A stretch of DNA of 64,000 nucleotides from the human T2T-CHM13v2.0 reference genome, Homo sapiens (GCF_009914755.1 NC_060940.1), one strand, 5' to 3'; positions 39,851-62,177 are shown, numbered from the stretch's first letter. Notes: generated from the sequence alone by a model not told the origin. Translations and numbers: made by a program.

Positions 39851-40552
39851 CTACACTTCGCGATACACCAGGGCCCCTCAATCACCACTGGGCCAACACT
39901 TCAGGCTGTCCCATGGGAAAACTTCAGAGCTGATCTGCATTCTCAGCAACCTTGACAGCTTCTTCCATGTAAAGTATTTAAATGGGTCAACAAAGTTTAA
40001 TATTTTATTGCATTTTGCCCTTATTATTTTATAAATGTAAGTGGAAAAAAATAGAAGAAAGAAAATGCTGACCCTAGTGATTGGGAGAAGTTATCTAAGG
40101 AATGCAGATGACGAACAGGAGTGAAATCTTTCAGGCTGCATCAGAGGCTTCCTAGGCCCTGGCCGATGACCTGACACTCACACAAAGTGCTAGAAACCCT
40201 ATCAGAGCTGTGTGTAAATGGAGAGACGTGGTAAGGGACTGAATAGCATTTCCTTTCCCTCTTGGAATACCTCACCATGTTAGGCAGAATGACAGTTCTA
40301 CTTTCTACTCTGTCCTTTTTAGTTCCCTAGTATCTTTTCAGAAACACACACACCAAGAATTCCCTGCTCATTATACCTGCTTGGCAACCTTACAGTACGT
40401 GCTTTAGGGACACCTGTGTGAGCTGGGAATCCAATTTCATTTATTCATAAGTAATTATGGAGCACTAAAAATTGGCTAAGCATGTGCTTCAAAATGTGTC
40501 CTTTCTTGCTCACCCAGTGCCCAATACACAGCAGGCTGTAAATATTTATAGA

Positions 40553-41080
40553 AGCCTGAGCAACATAGGCTGGGCACGGTGGCTCACGCCTGTAATCCCA
40601 GCACTTTGGGAGGCCGAGGCGGGCAGATTACCTGAGGTTGGGAGTTCGAGACCAGCCTGGCCAACATGGTGAAACCCTGACTCTACTAAAAATATAAAAA
40701 ACATTAGTCGGGCATGGTGGCAGGTGCCTGTAATCCCAGCTACTCGGGAGGAGAATTGCTTGAACCTGGGAGGCAGAGATTGCAGTGAGTTGAGATCATA
40801 CTACTTCGCTCCAGCCTGGTCAACAGAGAGAGACTCCATCTCAAAAAAAAAAAAAAAAAAAAGCCTGGGCAACATAGCAAGACTCTGTCTCTACCAATAA
40901 ATTCAATAAATTAAAAATTTAGCCAGGTGTGGTGGTGCACATCTGGAATCCCAGTTACTTGGGAGGCTGAGAGAAGAGGATCACTTGAGCCTAGGAGTTC
41001 AAGGCTTCAGTGAGCCATGATCACGTCACTGCACTCCAGCCTGGGCAACAGAGTGAGACCCTGTCTCTAAAACATGAATA
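40553..41080 (+). mobile_element. AluS (40568-40862) nested in an AluJ
   Basis: TSD aagcctg(a/g)gcaacatag is itself Alu sequence. Confidence 0.85.
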
Positions 41081-41439
41081 AATAACTAAATATTTACAGA
41101 ATGCATGGAAAGGCTTCAGTTCCTCGAATAAGGAGTAAATGTCTATCAAAACTAACCCCATGTTTGCTTAGAGACAAGTTTACATGCCCTGTAAAATTCT
41201 AGCCTTCAGAAACATTTACAAAGCCAGTCACAGTGGTATGCACCTATAGTCCCAGCTATTTGGGAGGCTGAAGCAGGAGAATCACTTGAGGCCAGGAGTC
41301 TAAGGATGAAGTATCCTAGGATGGCACTTGTGAATAGCCACAGCACTCCAGCCAGGGTAACACAGTGAGACCCCATCTCAAAGAAAGAAAGAAAAAAAGC
41401 ACACAACTATTATATATCAATTTTAAAGAAGTTTTTAAA

Positions 41440-42575
<1,136 letters not shown>

Positions 42576-43111
42576 AGAGACATCTAACAAATGCAATATG
42601 TAGGCTTTATTGAAATAAACTGTAAATTCAAATAAACTATAAATAACTGTACAGCATAACAAGAAAATACAGTGTCTGGATATTTGATGATATTAAATTA
42701 GTAATTTGGAGGAGATACATTAGTAAACTATGGACTGCATCTTACATAGGCTTCTAGCAATACATATTGAAACACATATAGACAAAAATATGTTTGCTGA
42801 GATTTGCTTCAAGATAATTCCAAACTAGAGAAACAGGGAAGGTAGAGAGGACACAAGATTGGCCAGCAGCTGGTATTTACAGGAGCAAAGTGATGGGTAC
42901 ATAGGGGAAAATTATACTGTTCCTCTACTTCTGTTTATGTTTGACACTTTCCATAACAAAAACTTTTTTTTTTAATGAATGGCATCTTAGAATCAAAGAA
43001 ATAGGATAACCTCAGGCCTGTAATTTCAGCACTTTGGGAGGTGAGGTGGGTGGATCGCTTGAGCCCAGGAGTTCCAGACCAGCCTGGGCAACACAGCAAA
43101 ACCCGTCTCTA

Positions 43112-44345
<1,234 letters not shown>

Positions 44346-44427
44346 ATGGCCCAAATGCCTTATGGTTTTGAATGTTTCTGTCTGCATTTTACAGGGTTTT
44401 TTCTATTCTCCTTTGGTAGGAGGCTAT

Positions 44428-45030
44428 ACAGTAGCTCTCCCTTAGCTGCAGGAGACATGTTGCAAGACCCCCAAAGGATGCCTGAAAAAACCTCAAACAG
44501 CACCAAACCCTATCTATACTATGCTTTTTCCTATACATACATGCCTATAATAAAGTGTAATTTATAAATTAGGCACAGTAAGAGTTTCACAACAATAATA
44601 ATACAATTGAACTATTATAACAATATAGCAATTGTTATATTGCTATATTGAACTATAATTGAACTATTATAACAATTATAACATGTAATAAAAATTATAT
44701 GAATGTGGTCTGTCTTTCTCTCTCTCCTTCTCTTAAAAGATCTTACTGGGCCAGATGCAGTGGCTCACACCTGTAATCCCAGCACTTTGGAGGCTGAGGA
44801 GGGCGGATTGTTCGAGACCAGCCTGGGCAACATGGCAAAACCCCGTCTCTACAACACACACACACACACATACACACACACACACACACAAATACTCAGG
44901 TGTGGTGGCATGCACCTGTAGTCACAGCTGCTTAGGGGGCTAAGGTGGGTGGATGTCTTTAGCCTGGGAGGTTGAAGCTACAGCGAGCCATGTTCCTACC
45001 ACTGCACTCTAGCATGGGTGACAAAGCGAG

Positions 45031-45103
<73 letters not shown>

Positions 45104-45666
45104 AACTTATTTTTATATAATATCTATATAAATATCATATATATAATATTAAATATTTGGAGGCCAAGGTAGGCAGATTGTTTGAGACCTGGGCTGGTCT
45201 CAACCCCATCTATACAAAAAATTAGCCAGATGTGGTGGTGTGCACCTGTAGCCACAGCTACTCAGGGGGCTGAGGTGGGAGGATGGCTTGAGCCTGGGAG
45301 GCCAAGGCTGCAGACAGAAATATTCAAAACCATAAGGCATTTGAACCATTTATTAGTTTTCTATTGTTATAACAAATTCCCACACATTCATATTCTTAAA
45401 AGAACACAAATATTATATATTTATATAAATATATTCATAAATATTTATTTATACATAGATTTATATTTATATAATTTATATAATATATATTTTAAGTATT
45501 TATATATTTATTTCTTTATATAAATATAAATTTTTATATATTTATATATAAATATGCTTTTATATATTTATATCTTATTGTACTGTATTCACCTATTTTG
45601 GGCCTGCAGTTGACCATGGGTAGCTGAAACTGTGAAATGAAACTGTGGATAAGGAGGTACTACTGT
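44428..45666 (+). mobile_element. MER44 (Tigger7-derived) with Alu and rearranged inserts
   Basis: TIRs cagtagctctccctta / ggataaggaggtactactg with TA flanks. Confidence 0.8.
45309..45416 (-). repeat. Older inverted copy of 43976-44386 (without the intervening Alu)
   Basis: ~92% identical reverse complement of the MLT1 3' end plus flank; lacks the AluS at 44007-44299. Confidence 0.9.
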
Positions 45667-45728
45667 AGTGTATATGAATGCTGCTTATTTACCGTTTCAA
45701 ATGTGCCAAGGGAGGGAAAAGCAAATAG

Positions 45729-46022
<294 letters not shown>

Positions 46023-46269
46023 TAATTTTGTATTTTTAGTAGAGACGGGGTTTCTCCATGTTGGTGAGGCTGGTCTCGAACTCCCAACCTCAGGTGATCC
46101 GCCTGCCTCGGCCTCCCAAAGTACTGGGATTACAGGCGTGAGCCACCGCGCCTGGTCCCCCACGGGCTTTTATTACAGGCAGCCTGACTACGACCAAGAG
46201 CATCCAGCCAGATGTCGCATGCTGGCTGCAGCTGGGCTTAGCAGGCTGCAAGGCTGCCCAGAGAATTGG

Positions 46270-46725
46270 TGTTATCATTGGAGTGTGTCCAGGTTCTTGG
46301 CATTTTGAACAAAGAATTGGACAGGACACACAAAGCAAGGAAAGAATAAAGCCACAAAAGCAGAGATTTATTGAAAACGAAAGTACACTCCACAGGGTGG
46401 GAGCGGCCCGAGCAGCCGCTCAAGGGCCTAGATGCAGAATCTTCTAGGGTCCAAATACCCGCTAGAGGGTTCCCACTGGCCACTTGCTGTTCACTATCTG
46501 TAAATAAAGTAGTGGCCCGCAATCAGTCTGATTGGCTGAAGAAAACAACCAATCGGAGGTACTTTCAATTTCCCATCTGCCGCACAGAAAAGGTGAGGGT
46601 TTGCAAAGGGAGTACCCTCTGGTCCTTTGGTTACTTAGGCATGGAAAGTCAGGGTTTTCCTTTCAATTTAGTTCGAGGAAGTCGGCCTTAGGTTCCCTGC
46701 CTCCAGACCCTATTCCCTTGCCTCA
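46270..46725 (-). mobile_element. ERV1 solo LTR (MER51-family)
   Basis: TG...CA termini, 4-bp TSD ttgg, minus-strand start tgaggcaagggaatagggtctggaggcagggaacctaagg, AATAAA and CCAAT boxes. Confidence 0.85.
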
Positions 46726-47292
46726 TTGGTACCAGCAATTCGTTGGTGCAGAATTCTTAAAATGTTTCCAAGATTACTAGCGTGAGTTGCCTGAGCTGAG
46801 TACTTATAAACCCTGGGCCCTAGAATTTAAAAAATAGCAGGGATGGGGCCTGGGAAACTGCATTTTAACGAGCTTTTCAAGTGATTCTTAAGCATCCAGA
46901 GGTTTGAGAAGCAAGGCCACAATGGATTGGGGGGCCCAACTCAGGCTCTTTGGGCATAACCAGCTCTGAGTGAGAACCACTGAACTTGTAAGTAACGCGT
47001 GAAAACAACAATGAAAGGGGAAAAGTGCAAAGATTTGAGGGTATCTATTTTGGTGTTTGCAGAGGTGAAATATTAATGATGGCTCATAAGCAATTAAGTC
47101 TGCAAACTACCTTCAAACACACACAAACCGAGAGTATACTTTGTTTACAGACTTCTCCAGCAATATAACAAAAAGTTTAAAGAACACACATGAAACCGTA
47201 AACACTGGCAAATGCTCAGCGTTGGGATTTTAGTGGATTTGCACTTTTTTGTACTATGCACTTCAATGTTGTTTGAATATTTAAAAACAAAG

Positions 47293-48405
<1,113 letters not shown>

Positions 48406-48447
48406 TCCTGGGCTATCCGAGAGAGAGAACACAGTCATGGCTTCTTA

Positions 48448-48666
<219 letters not shown>

Positions 48667-49069
48667 TCACTGTAGCTACTGAAGGTTGCCATATTGTTCT
48701 CTGTGAAGCCTGACCAATGAAGACATCTTAAGTCCTAAAGAAACAAATTGGTTATTGTTTAGGATTAAATTAGAAGACCATTTTCACAATATTAATAACA
48801 CAGAAAGCTTTACAAGTCACAATGCTTGCTTCCAACCCCCCCACACCCCATTTTAGCCAATTTTCAAACAACCATAACAATGAAGACCAGCTAATGACAA
48901 CCCAAAAACACCACCCCAACTCTATTTCTCTGCAAAAAAAAACAAAAACAAAAAACAAGTTTAAGTCAATAAAATCATCTACAGAAGATCAAGAGAGTAT
49001 TGGCAGAATATTCCCTTAGACTGGAGAGAAGGAAAATAAGCAACTAGGAACTAAAAATCCACTATATGA

Positions 49070-50460
<1,391 letters not shown>

Positions 50461-50803
50461 AAAGCTTTTTTAATAAAATGAAGTCAGACTTCTGGATTAC
50501 ACATTGAGGCCCATGTTGGCCAGTGAGGTGCTTTGCCAGACAATTTCCACACACTAAATGAACAATCTATAACTCCTAGATTTTGCTTAAAATATAGTTA
50601 AAACATACATACAATACATACAGGATAGGATGGTAATGATATCCTTTATAACTCTTTAGGAGTATAATGAAAAATACTTTACTGTCAACTTACAAAGGTA
50701 CAAGAGGGAAATTCATTTTTTTTCCACCAAGAGCTTGGGAATAGGGCCCCCACCCCATGTCAGCTCACTGCCATGGCAACTGGGAGGATGAGACCTCACT
50801 CTA

Positions 50804-51007
<204 letters not shown>

Positions 51008-51579
51008 CTACACACACACACACACAAAACCCCAGCTACACACACACACACACACACACACATATAAATTAGCTGGGCATGGTGGCTCATGCCTGTGGTC
51101 CTAGCTACCTAAGAGTCTGAGGTGGGAGGCTCGCTTGAGCCCAGGAGGTAGAGGCTACAGTGAGCTATGATCGTGCCACTGCATTGCAGCCTGGGTAGCA
51201 GAGCAAGATTGTGTCTTGCTCTGATTTAGCTCATTTAGTTTATAGGAAGAGAAGGAGAAAGAGAAAGAGAGAAGACAAGAAAGCAAGCCAGCCAGCCAAC
51301 ACCAAATGTCAGGTTGCATCTTTTCTCTCTCATCCTTTCATTATGGGAAAGCCCCACAGGAGGCATTTACCTTGCAAAACAACTCTTGACCTCCACTGCC
51401 CCTGGGACTGGGACAAAGCTGAAATACAAAGATAACCAAAAATAAATACATATATAAAAATTAAAATTTAAAAAAGGTGTGGGGCTTTCAAGAACCCATG
51501 TCCTTCAATGGTAATACTGACCTTAACTGATTTTCCCTGGAGACTGAGCTTCCGTATCAGACCCAACCCTCCTATACAA

Positions 51580-52222
51580 CAGTCCCCCAAAGTGATATGT
51601 TCCAAGACCCCCAGTGGATACTTCAAACCATGGATAGTACTGAAGCCTATGATTCTGTAAAAAAATAAAATAAAATAAAAAATAAAAATACTATTATTTT
51701 TCCTATACCCACATTAACTATGATAAAGCTTAATTTATAAATTAGGCACAGTAAGAGATTAACAACAACAATAATAAAAGAGAACAATTATAACAATATA
51801 CTATAATAAAAGTTATGTGAATGTGTTCTCTCTCCCAAATTATCTATCTATATCTATTTTTGAGATGGAGTTTTGCTATTGTTGCCCGGGCTGGAGTGCA
51901 ATGGTGCAATCTCGGCTCACTGAAACCTCTGCCTCCCAGGTTCAAGTGATTCTCCTGCCTCAGCCTCCCAAGTAGCTGGGATTACAGGAATGCGCTGCCA
52001 CACCCTGCTAATTTTTTGTATTTAGTAGAGAGGGGGTTTCACCATGTTGGCCGGGCTGGTCTCAAACTCCTGACCTCAGGTGGTCCACCCGCCTCGGCCT
52101 CCCAAAGTGCTGGTATTACAGGCTTGCGCCACTGCACCCAGCCAAATTATCTTAATATTTTCAGACCGAGGTTGACTGACTTAAATGGAGGAAAACAAAA
52201 CCATGGATAGGAGGGACTACAG
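51580..52222 (+). mobile_element. MER44 with an antisense AluS
   Basis: gttccaagacccccagtggat ... ggataggagggactacag. Confidence 0.8.
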
Positions 52223-53102
52223 TACTTGTTGAAATTCTTCTTTCAGACTGATGTAGAACCGTCAAACTCACTTCTTACCACCTAGCCTGGCCAAACTTGC
52301 CTCAGACTCCTCCACTCAGACACCTGCTAGGTGCTGGGATACAGGGTGAGCAAAGTTGTCTTTGCTCTGTCCTGCTTCTTGTGGAAAAAGTATTCATCAA
52401 ACGTTAAGCAGTCGAAACAGTGATTAAGTAAACACAGAAGCAAGATTATAACTGTGGTGACAGGCAGGGAAGTGGAGGCAGGTGGATAACGGTGCATCAG
52501 AAGGTTCACTCTGATCCAAACCTTTATCCATATTAACTCATTTAACCACCAAAAAGTCCTACAGGTACGTTCTGTTATTATCCCCATTTTAGGGATGAGA
52601 AAACAGATGCACAAGGAGGTAAAGTGCCTTGCCCTGGGTCACACAGCTCAGCAGTGGTCCAACCAGATTCACATCTAGGTCTGACTCCAGAAGCCGGGTA
52701 TAATCCCCAAATTCACTGCCTCCATAAATATTGAAGGAGGTTAGGAATGGAGGCAGCCACATTCTCCCAAGGGCTGACCCAGATGGCACCAGCCTACACG
52801 TGGGGAGCACGTGCCAAGATGGGAAATCAAGCGGACAAGCCCGCAGGCCGCAGGGGAGGCCGGAGGGACCCTGAGCAGCTGCTGGATCTCCCTGAGTTCT
52901 GGGGTCAACATGCCCGTTTCTCATCTAGGGAAACTGAGGCCCACAAGGAGTAGGAAAACTGAGGATCTGAGGTGCCCCTGGGCCTCCCCAAACTCCCCCT
53001 TTGTGAGGTGGTAGGGGTGCAGGGGCTGCAGAAGTCAAGGCTGCAGTGAGCTAGGATTGCCTCACTACTCCAGCCTGGGTGACAGAGTAAGACCCTGTCT
53101 CA

Positions 53103-53502
<400 letters not shown>

Positions 53503-53664
53503 TCATCAGCTTACATTCTAGTATGAGAAGACAACAATGAAACAACACAGCTTATCACCCACAGCTGAGATTCATTTTACATCATTTCTCAGTACACACA
53601 CAGACACAGACACATCAGTATAAAACTGAAACTCAAGTTTTACAAAACAATGCTTACCTCATAG

Positions 53665-54115
53665 CCTGTCAGCTCCTCAAAAGACCATCAAAAAACCAAA
53701 AAACAAGCCATCAAGCAAAGCTAACTTTGTTAGATGTTCTGCAGTCATGGAGACCACCATCTTGACAATCTTCATAGTATTTTAGAAAGGGGAAGGCGAG
53801 GAAAGGAAATGTATATTATTGGGATCTGGGCTCAAGTGGTTCAAAGAAGGTCTTTCAAGACAGAAATTGATTGGGATTGGGCACATTTCATGACATGATA
53901 CTTTAGGATTGGTGAACACATCAAGGCAAGGGTCTTAAAACCAGTCTCAATCAGTGAAACTGCTGTTTGATAGGCAAGCTGTTTTCCCAGATGAGCAATC
54001 TGTTACCCAGATGGGAGAGCTCGTTCAGCAAACTGTCCAGATAAATTGGCTTGGATGAATTCCCTAAAGCAAAAGAATCAGTTCTTACTGGTTTACAGCC
54101 TTATCTTACTACACA
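53665..54115 (-). mobile_element. Probable old ERV1-class LTR
   Basis: LTR-like composition and termini; subfamily not assignable by eye. Confidence 0.4.
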
Positions 54116-54897
54116 CAGCATCATTTTTGCTGTATTCTATAGATCCAAGCAATAGCAAAGAGAACCCTCATTCAAGAGAAGGGGTCTTAGACCCTGTGAT
54201 ATAAGGAATGTTAAAGAATTTACAGCCATCTTAAATTCTCCATGCTGGGATTACTTGGAAAATAAGGAGTTCCTTCTTCTGAGCTAAAGAAAGAAGAGGA
54301 ACCAAGGAGAAGCAGGCAGCATGGATTGGCTGGTTATATCCAGTGGAACTTTCCTTCCAGCACAGAGAACTACATGTGACTTCTCCTGCCCTTGCCAGTC
54401 TCACCTTTGGGTCTCAAGATTGGGTCTAGTCTTCCTAGACACTTTCTTTCTCCTTTCTTGGGAACCACATCATAAGGTGAATTAGGCTGTTCCTTGGGTC
54501 TATGATTATAGCAATTTTCAGAAAAGTTTTTAAGGAAGGCTTTTTCCCATGTTCTTGTCTCTGAAAGGGTGTTCCACTTGTTCAGGATATGGAATGGGGA
54601 ATAATGAGGTGACCAGCCTACAAAGCTGGAAACATACATAGCAATCATTTTTTCCTTTGAACATTGACTATTGAATGAGCCATTTATAACCACCTATTAA
54701 TATCATACCCAGAAATAAGCAACAAAATTCATAAATCTAGAAAAAAAAAGTTAACAAAAGCAATTATTGGCCAGGCACTGTAGCTCACATCTGTAATCCC
54801 AGCACTTTGGGAGGTCAAGCCAGGAAGATCACTTGAGGCCAAGAGCTTGAGACCAATCTGGGCAACATATTAAGACCCTGTCTCTACAAAAAAATTA

Positions 54898-55044
<147 letters not shown>

Positions 55045-55329
55045 CTATCTCTTAAAAAAAATTATCTCCTTCTTTATATTCAAGTAAATGAGCAAAGAAT
55101 GGAGAGCAGAGTAACTAGACTATATCAAAGAAGATTTAAAAGGCAAAAAAAAGAAAAGCAAGGTGAGGTTTTGATTTGGAATTTGGAGCAGAAGCTGTCT
55201 ATTTCGCATGTCATCTACTTGATCTCATAGTCTCGTGTAGCTGTTTTTCTTCCTGTTACTGTCTGTTTCTAAAGGACTCTGAGCATCTTCCAATGGCTGT
55301 CTAATTGGCAGAGGATGAAACTCTGTGTT

Positions 55330-56900
<1,571 letters not shown>

Positions 56901-56989
56901 GCTTCTGGGTGTATACACAAAAGAAGTGAAAGCATCCCACTTGAGAGCAGTTGAAGAATAAAAAATAAATAAATAAATGTAAAAGTGAA

Positions 56990-58110
56990 AGTGGTGTACA
57001 GTCCTATGGCATTAAATGTATTCACATGTTGTGCAACCATCACCTTCTTCCATCTCCCAAACTCTTTTCTTCCTGCAAAACCCAAAATCTTTACACATTG
57101 AACAGTACTCCCCTTCAGTCCCTGGCAACCACTGTTCTACTTTCTGTCTCTATGAATTTGACTTATTCTAGGTACCTCATATGATCCTCAAGCTTCATCT
57201 ATGTTGTAGCGTGTGTCAGAATTTCCTTCCTTTTTGAAGCTAAGGTTCCATTGTGTATTGTTATAGACCGAATATTCATGTTCCCCCAAAGTTAATATGT
57301 TGAAGTCCTAATTCCTAGTGTGACTATATTTGAAGATGGGGCATCTAAGGAAGTAATTAAGGTTAAATGAAGTCATAGGTTTGGTCAATGATTGGACAAG
57401 ACTAGTGTGCTTACAAGAAAAGACATCACAGAGCTTGTGCTCTCTCTCCCAGGGGCATGTACCAAAGAAAGGCCATGTGAGGACACAGCAAGAAGGCTGC
57501 CATTTGCAAGCCATAAAGAGAGCCCTCATCAGAAACCAAATTGCCTGGAATCTTCATCTGGGACTTCCTAACCTCCAGAACTGTGAGAAAGCAAATTTCT
57601 GTTGTTTAAGCCACCCAGTCTATGGCATTTTATGGCAACCTGAGCAGACTAACACGTGTGTATATACCACATTCTCTTTATCTATTATCTGTTGATGGAC
57701 ACCCGAGTTGCTTCCGCTTTTCAGTTACTGTGAATAATGCTGCTGTGAAGATGAGTTATCTCTTTGAGACCAGACTCAGTGGTTCACACCTGTAATCCCA
57801 GCACTTTGGGAGTCCAAGGCAAGTAGATCACTTGAGACAGGAGTTTGAGACCTGCCATGATTGCGACACTGCACTCCAGCCTGGATATCAGAGCAAGACC
57901 CTGTCTCAAAAACAATAAAAAATAAAAATAAAAGCAAGTATCTCTTTGAGACCCTGATTTCAATTCTTTTGGGTATACACCTAGATGTGGAATTGATAGA
58001 TCATATGGTAATCAAATCTTAGTTTTGTGAGGAAACACCACACTGTTTTCCACAGCAGCTGCCTCATTTTACCTTCCCACCCAGGGTACCCAAAGGTTCC
58101 AGTTTCTCCA
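56990..58110 (-). mobile_element. Antisense L1MB 3' end with MLT1A-type LTR (~57258-57655)
   Basis: Reverse-complement L1 motifs; MaLR termini. Confidence 0.75.
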
Positions 58111-58439
58111 CATTCTTCTCTCACCTTGTCTTCCTGGACAAGATTTCCCTGGGACAAATTATTAAGCCAAGTGGTCTCAGCTCTCAGTCCTGATATGGAG
58201 GCAGTATGAATGGAAGTAGTCTCAGCCATCACGCTTATTAAATGTGATAGGCTGTCATATTTTCTGTTTCATTTTTTAATAAATTTCTATCTAAAATTTT
58301 AAAATACTTGTCCGGGCCCACTGGATTTCAAAACCCAGTAATGAGTGATAACCAGCAACTAGAAAACATCACTGAACTAGATCATTTCAAATGTATAATT
58401 ACTCTGAACATCAAAAAATGAAAGAAGATAATGTGATAG

Positions 58440-59210
58440 TGTAGAGGAGGTTAATGGTGGGCCCCCGCAGTATATGTCCACCCAGAACGTGCAAATGTGA
58501 CCTTATTTGGAAAAGGGGCTTTGCAGGTGTGATTAAGTTAAAGATCTCAAGGTAAGATCATCTTAGATTCCATGGGTGGGACGTCAATCTAATGGTAAGT
58601 ATCCTTAGAAGAGAATAGAAAGGAGCTGGGCGTGGTGGCTCATGCCTATAATTCCAGCACTTTGGGAGTCCAAGCCAGAAGGATCACTTGAGCCCAGGAG
58701 TTTGACACTAGCATGGGCAACAGAAAGACCCTCTCCCCACAAAAAATTTAAAAATTAGCCCAGCGTGATGACGTGTGTCCATAGTCTCTACTATTCCAGA
58801 GGCTGAGGCAGGAGCATTGCTTAAGCCCAGGGGTTCAAGGCTGTTGCGAGCTATGATCATGCCACTGCACTGTAGCCTAGGCAACAAAGTGAGACCTTTT
58901 CTCAAAAAAAAAAAAAAAAAGATAAGAGAATGGGAGAAGACTCAGGGAATGAGGTGATGTGGGTGATGCGAAGATGAAGGCGAAGGTTGTTGGAGTGATA
59001 CATCTACAAGCCAGCGAATGCCAAGGATTGCTGGTAGCCACCAAAAAGTAAAAGAGAGGCATGGAACACATTCTCCCTCAGGGCTTCCAGAAGGAAACAA
59101 CTCTGTCAAGACCTTGGTTTGGGACTTCTGGCCTCCAGAACTGTGAGTGAATAAATTGCTGTTTTAAGCCCGTTAAGTTCATGGTAATTTGTTGTGGTGG
59201 CCCTGGGGAA
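58440..59210 (+). mobile_element. MLT1C/D-type LTR with AluJ
   Basis: gtgaccttatttggaaa ... gacttctggcctccagaactgtgag. Confidence 0.8.
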
Positions 59211-59822
59211 TGGGTTCAGAGATAGATGGGCAAGTCAGGAAAGCCATTCTGAGGAGGTGACCTTGAAGCTAGGTTTTGGATGAGAAGTTGCCAGTCTCAT
59301 GAAGAACTGGGGGAAGAGATCCAGGCAGAGAGAACAGCAAATGCAGAGACTCGGGCAGGAGAGGATTGATACATGTGAGAGCTGACAGAAGGCCAGTGAG
59401 CCTGCAGAACAGAGGTGAACATGCAGTTGCAGATGGAGGTGACCCTGGCTGTGAAGGGTGGGACGGTATCGAAGAGCATGAGGCAGGAGCATCGGGTGGG
59501 GGAGCGGGAGGTGTCAGCCATGGAGCACAAACTTTCAGTTACGCATGATGAATCAGTTCTGGGGATCTAACGTACAGCAAGATGACTGTAGCTGAAAATA
59601 CTGTATTATATACTTGAAATTTCCTGAAAGTGGCCAGGCATGGTGGTTCACACCTATAATCCCAGCACTTTGGGAGGCAGAGACAGGCAGATTGCCTGAG
59701 GTCAGGAGTTTGAGATCAGCCTTGTCAACATGATGAAACCCCATCTCTACTAAAAATACAAAAAAAAAATATGTATGTATTAGTCAGGTGTGGTGGCTCA
59801 TGCCTGTAATCCCAGCTACTCA

Positions 59823-60026
<204 letters not shown>

Positions 60027-60879
60027 TTAGCCTGATTGTTGTAATTATTTCACAATGTGTGTGTGTGTATCAAAACATCATGTCCTACACCTGAAATGTA
60101 TGCCTTTTTTTTTTTAAGAGACAGGGTCTCACTCTGTTGCCCAGGCTGGAGTGCAGAGGTATAATCATAGCTCACTGTAACCCTGAATTTCTGACCTCAA
60201 ACAATCCTCCTTCCTCAGCCTCCCAAATAGCCAGGACTACATGTTCATACCACTACATCCGGCTAATTTTTACATTTTTTTCGTAGAACAGGGTCTCGCT
60301 ATGTTGCCCAGGCTGGCCTTGAGTTCCTGGCCTCAAGTGATCCTCCCACCTAGGCCTTCCAAAGGGCCAGGATTATAGGCGTGAGCCACCTCGCCCAGCC
60401 CTTACAAATCTTATTTGTCAATTATACCTCAGCAAAGCTGGAACAATTTTTTTCAGTAAATAAAATTATGCTTGATCCTCTCAAAAAATAAAAAATAAAC
60501 AGGAGAGTTTGACCTAATTTAGGTGAGGGTGTAGGTAGATAAATTTGTGTAGGAGAGTAACTAAGCAAAAGATGTTGTGGGGAAGAAAGGAATTCTAGGC
60601 TGCGAAGAAGTTTGTATAAAGGCCTTGATGCAGAAACAAAGCAGAGATTTAGAGAAACATGTATTCAAAGTGGCCAGGTTCACACATGCCCAAACTCATG
60701 CTCATATACTGTTGGAGGGAGTTTGCACCTCTTAGTCTGTAGCCCCTTAGGAGCATAGCATAGCAATATCTTTCCACAAATTTGGCAATTGTTCGTATCC
60801 CTTGAAACAACAATTGCATTGCTAGAAATCTAGTTCATATAAAAGTTTATACATTTGCACAAAGATATGTGTTCATGAA

Positions 60880-61330
60880 TGTAATGGTTACTTTCGTGTC
60901 AACTTAACTGGGCCAAGTTATCCAGCTATTTGGAAAAACATCATTCTGCACGTTTCTGTGAAGGTGATTTGAAATGAGATTGGCATTTAAATCAGGGGAC
61001 TCTGAGTAAAGCAGACTGCCCTCCACCATGTGGGTGGACTTCATCCAATCAGTTGAAGGCTTGAATCCAATGAAAGACTGACCTCCCCCCAGCTAGAGGG
61101 GATTTTCCCGCAGAAGGCCTTTGGACTTGAACTGCAACATCCATCGGCTCTTCCCTGGGTTTCTAGCCTGACAACTACCCTGTAGATTTTGGACTTGCCA
61201 GCCTCAATAATCATGTGCACCATTTACTTAAAATAAATCTCTCTGTGTGTGTCTGTCTCTCAACACACACACACACACACACACATAGATTTTTATACAT
61301 ATGAGTATTAGGATTCTCCAGGGAGACAAA
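60880..61330 (+). mobile_element. MLT2-type LTR
   Basis: tgtaatggtta..tt.gtgtcaactt.actggg start. Confidence 0.8.
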
Positions 61331-61339
61331 ACCAAGAGG

Positions 61340-61475
61340 ATATATATATATAATATATATATCCATATATATATAATATATATATCCATATCCATATATA
61401 TATAAAATATATACATCCATATCCATATATATATAAAATATATATATCCATATCCATATATATATATATATATCC
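61340..61475. repeat. (ATATATATCC)-type AT-rich tandem repeat
   Basis: Direct reading. Confidence 0.9.
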
Positions 61476-61898
61476 ATTCTTGCATTGCAATTAAAAAAAA
61501 ATACCTGAGGCTGGGTAATTTATAAAGAAAAGAGGCTAATTTGGCTTGCAGTTCTGCAGGCTGTACAGGAAGCATAGTGCTGACATCTGCTCAGCTCCTG
61601 GTGAAGCCTCAGGGAGCTTTCACTCATAACAGAAGGTAAAATAAAAGCAGGCATGTCACATGGCAAGAGAGGGAGCAAGAGAGAGAGGGGAGGCACCAGG
61701 CTCCTTAAACAACCAGCTCTCTTCTGAACTGGTTCTTCTAACAGAGCCAGGATGAACTGATTATTGTGAGGATGGCACTCAGCCATTTATGGGGGACCCA
61801 CCCCAACGACCCAAACACCTGCCACCAGGCCTAATCTCCAACAGTGGAGGTCACACTTCAACATGAGATTTGGAGGGGAAAAACATCCAAACTATATC
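61472..61898 (-). mobile_element. MSTB-type LTR
   Basis: Ends catgagatttggagggg...catccaaactatatca. Confidence 0.85.
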
Positions 61899-62177
61899 AA
61901 AGCCCATGTTAAATTCACTCATTTTTGCTCCTAAAGTCCCTTATTTGGCTTTGTTTATTCTTTCCTCACTATAGGATAGGATGGAAATCCCTACATCCCT
62001 CCCACCTTCCCTCCCTCCCTCTTTTCCACCCTTCCTTTAACAAGCATTTATTGAGCATATATTATGTGCTAAACAATGTTCCAGGTGCCTTGGTGAACCA
62101 AACAGCCAAGATCCCCTCAGGGAGCTTTCAGGCTGTTCAGGAAGCCAGACATTAAACAAACACACACCAGTGAATCA

